NCBI GenBank assembly: GCA_017415505.1
Contig: JAFQGG010000001.1
Span: 21,193 to 85,192, forward strand
Origin: Clostridia bacterium
GTDB lineage: Bacteria > Bacillota > Clostridia > Christensenellales > Borkfalkiaceae
Reading direction: 5' to 3'
Length of the DNA: 64,000 nt
A model generated the notes under the pieces. The model had not been told where the DNA came from. It ran no database searches and saw nothing but the letters and a program-made list of their open reading frames with translations. Made by a program: the position numbers and the translations under genes. The first letter of the stretch is position 1, and every line of letters begins with the position of its first letter. Positions 62,560 to 64,000 of this stretch are shown one piece after another.

Positions 62560-64000
62560 TAGGTAATCCTTTGATGTTATCGCTGGATTTTCCCCCGCTT
62601 AGCACCGTGCATGAGACTTTCGTACTCACACGGCGCCCCATCGCAGGAAAAATTCAAATAAATCACACCCACAAACTCATTTATTCAATAGCGTTCAACC
62701 CACATGCTTTCCGCAAAGCATTTACCTTTTTCATCTGATGATTCGTTAATTGCAAATCTTTTACCAAGCGTTGTATCAGTTCCGCATTTTGCGCATGTAT
62801 AAGTTTATGCACATCAACATGAACAATACGAAGATTCCCATAGCTATCATCACCTTTCAAATACCGTGGCACTTTATGGTGGCAATGGATTTCTTCTCGT
62901 TTGAGCGTTTTACCTGTTACCGCACATTTCCCCAACTGACCAGAATACAACGAAATTCTATTATCGTTATATTCCACGCTACGATGTGGAACGGGATTTC
63001 TCATAAGATATAAAAGTATATTCATATTGAGTCCGCGAAGATTTTGATGAATACTCGCTCGCCCCTCTGCCGTATACTTATTTATGCTTGTCCTTTTCCA
63101 CATGGGGTTTCTATGCTGTACATACGCTATCGGGGCTACCGCCATATCGAATACTGACCGTAATTCCCGACTTTGTTGATAACGCTCAATAATTGCTTTG
63201 CCTTTTAACTTAGATAAATCAGGGCGTTTTAGCCTTGTTTTGAGTTTGTCTTTTAGGGTTCGGTTGACATGAAAGGAAATCTTATGGAAATCTTTACTGA
63301 CTTCCGTTGCGATATTGTAATACTCGTGAATCCCCAGCACAAAGGCGTTGTATTGCCCTATGCACCTGTATGCCGTTTCCTTATCCGTGTGATGAAACAT
63401 ATCTTTAATATATCCATTCGCGCGCATAAGAATTTTTCGGTTCACTTTCTCATTTATGTGTGAGACTACTACATATTTTGTTTCTCCGTTCTGCTTTTTG
63501 CCTTTCGGTTTAGCTTTCAACTTAAAACCAAGATACTCCGAATAATTGCGCTTAACATTGACAATTTTCGATTTTTCCAAGTTTATGTCTAATCCAAGCC
63601 GTGTTTTCAGCCATTGTTTTGTTTCCTCAAACAGCTTTACAGCATCACTTCGCTTGCGACAAAATATTTTGAAATCGTCCGCATATCTGACTATATAACA
63701 TTCTTTTAATGCCGTTCTTCGTAGGGCAAGATATATTGGATTTTTATTCGCCGTGCCATTACTGTGTATATTGCACTTATATTCATGGCGAGTCGGCATT
63801 TCTTCCCATTGGCTCGTTATCCACCAGTCCAGTTCATTTAAGACAATATTAGATAACAATGGGGAAATTATCCCACCTTGCGGTGTTCCCTTTTCGGGAA
63901 ATCCTATTCCTGCTACTTCTGCTTTTAGCATTGTCGAAATAATACATATCAGCTTTTTATCCCGTATTCCAAGTGTCCACATTTGCTTTAACAGCTTGCC
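62560..64000 (-). mobile_element. group II intron (3' part), continuing beyond the window end
   Basis: Domain V at 62602..62634 (minus strand GCCGTGTGAGTACGAAAGTCTCATGCACGGTGC), plus the intron-encoded RT/maturase/HNH ORF. The 3' splice site is only approximate (62545..62600). Confidence 0.8.
62681..64000 (-). CDS. group II intron reverse transcriptase/maturase with C-terminal HNH endonuclease domain (N-terminus beyond window)
   Basis: GTPQGGIISPLLSNIVLNELD, YVRYADDFKIF (YADD), maturase X region, CAVTGK...HCHHKVP...H HNH. The frame stays open upstream of the listed Met to the window edge. Confidence 0.9.
   Translation of the reverse strand, partial: GKLLKQMWTLGIRDKKLICIISTMLKAEVAGIGFPEKGTPQGGIISPLLSNIVLNELDWWITSQWEEMPTRHEYKCNIHSNGTANKNPIYLALRRTALKECYIVRYADDFKIFCRKRSDAVKLFEETKQWLKTRLGLDINLEKSKIVNVKRNYSEYLGFKLKAKPKGKKQNGETKYVVVSHINEKVNRKILMRANGYIKDMFHHTDKETAYRCIGQYNAFVLGIHEYYNIATEVSKDFHKISFHVNRTLKDKLKTRLKRPDLSKLKGKAIIERYQQSRELRSVFDMAVAPIAYVQHRNPMWKRTSINKYTAEGRASIHQNLRGLNMNILLYLMRNPVPHRSVEYNDNRISLYSGQLGKCAVTGKTLKREEIHCHHKVPRYLKGDDSYGNLRIVHVDVHKLIHAQNAELIQRLVKDLQLTNHQMKKVNALRKACGLNAIE

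Overview
The window looks like a Gram-positive, Clostridia-like chromosome. The evidence is AGGAGG ribosome-binding sites, lipobox signal peptides, and SpoVG-like and sigma region-4 genes. No finer taxonomic assignment is possible from sequence alone.

The window splits into two regimes.

(1) 1 to about 14.8 kb is backbone at roughly 50% GC, estimated from hand counts of sample lines. It carries a YtrA-type GntR/ABC operon ending in a BspA-type LRR protein, gltS, an acyltransferase, pyruvate:ferredoxin oxidoreductase (nifJ) and a ZIP metal transporter. A 2.7-kb low-GC islet (about 33% GC) interrupts this backbone. The islet is bracketed by a 38-bp direct repeat that duplicates the 3' end of nifJ.

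(2) About 14.9 kb to the window end is lower-GC accessory DNA, almost entirely on the minus strand. It contains:
- an LRR-lipoprotein/P-loop module bracketed by 79-bp direct repeats, next to an iteron-like ATGGGTTCA array;
- an HNH / leaderless-HTH / unknown 309-aa module;
- three tandem large-serine-recombinase genes, the middle one lacking the catalytic domain, with MazF, a SpoVG-like gene, an ORF-free GC-rich structured region and a sigma region-4 protein;
- a 28-kb ABC-type glycan-utilisation locus (AraC regulator, SBP, 2 permeases, giant lipoproteins, two DUF4838 paralogs, GH28, GH78-like, MurQ, kinase, dehydratase and others);
- a 1417-aa Ig-repeat surface protein;
- an ICE fragment whose coupling-protein (VirD4/TraG) gene is split by a group II intron.

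The best novelty candidates are:
- two promoter-proximal structured RNAs that share a GCUACAC...GUGUAGCAAC closing stem and a related terminator. One is a terminator/antiterminator leader of the LRR lipoprotein gene. The other is an orphan sRNA behind a consensus promoter.
- the roughly 365-nt structured region upstream of the SpoVG-like gene;
- the possibility that the whole glycan locus is ICE cargo.

No rRNA, tRNA or CRISPR array was seen.
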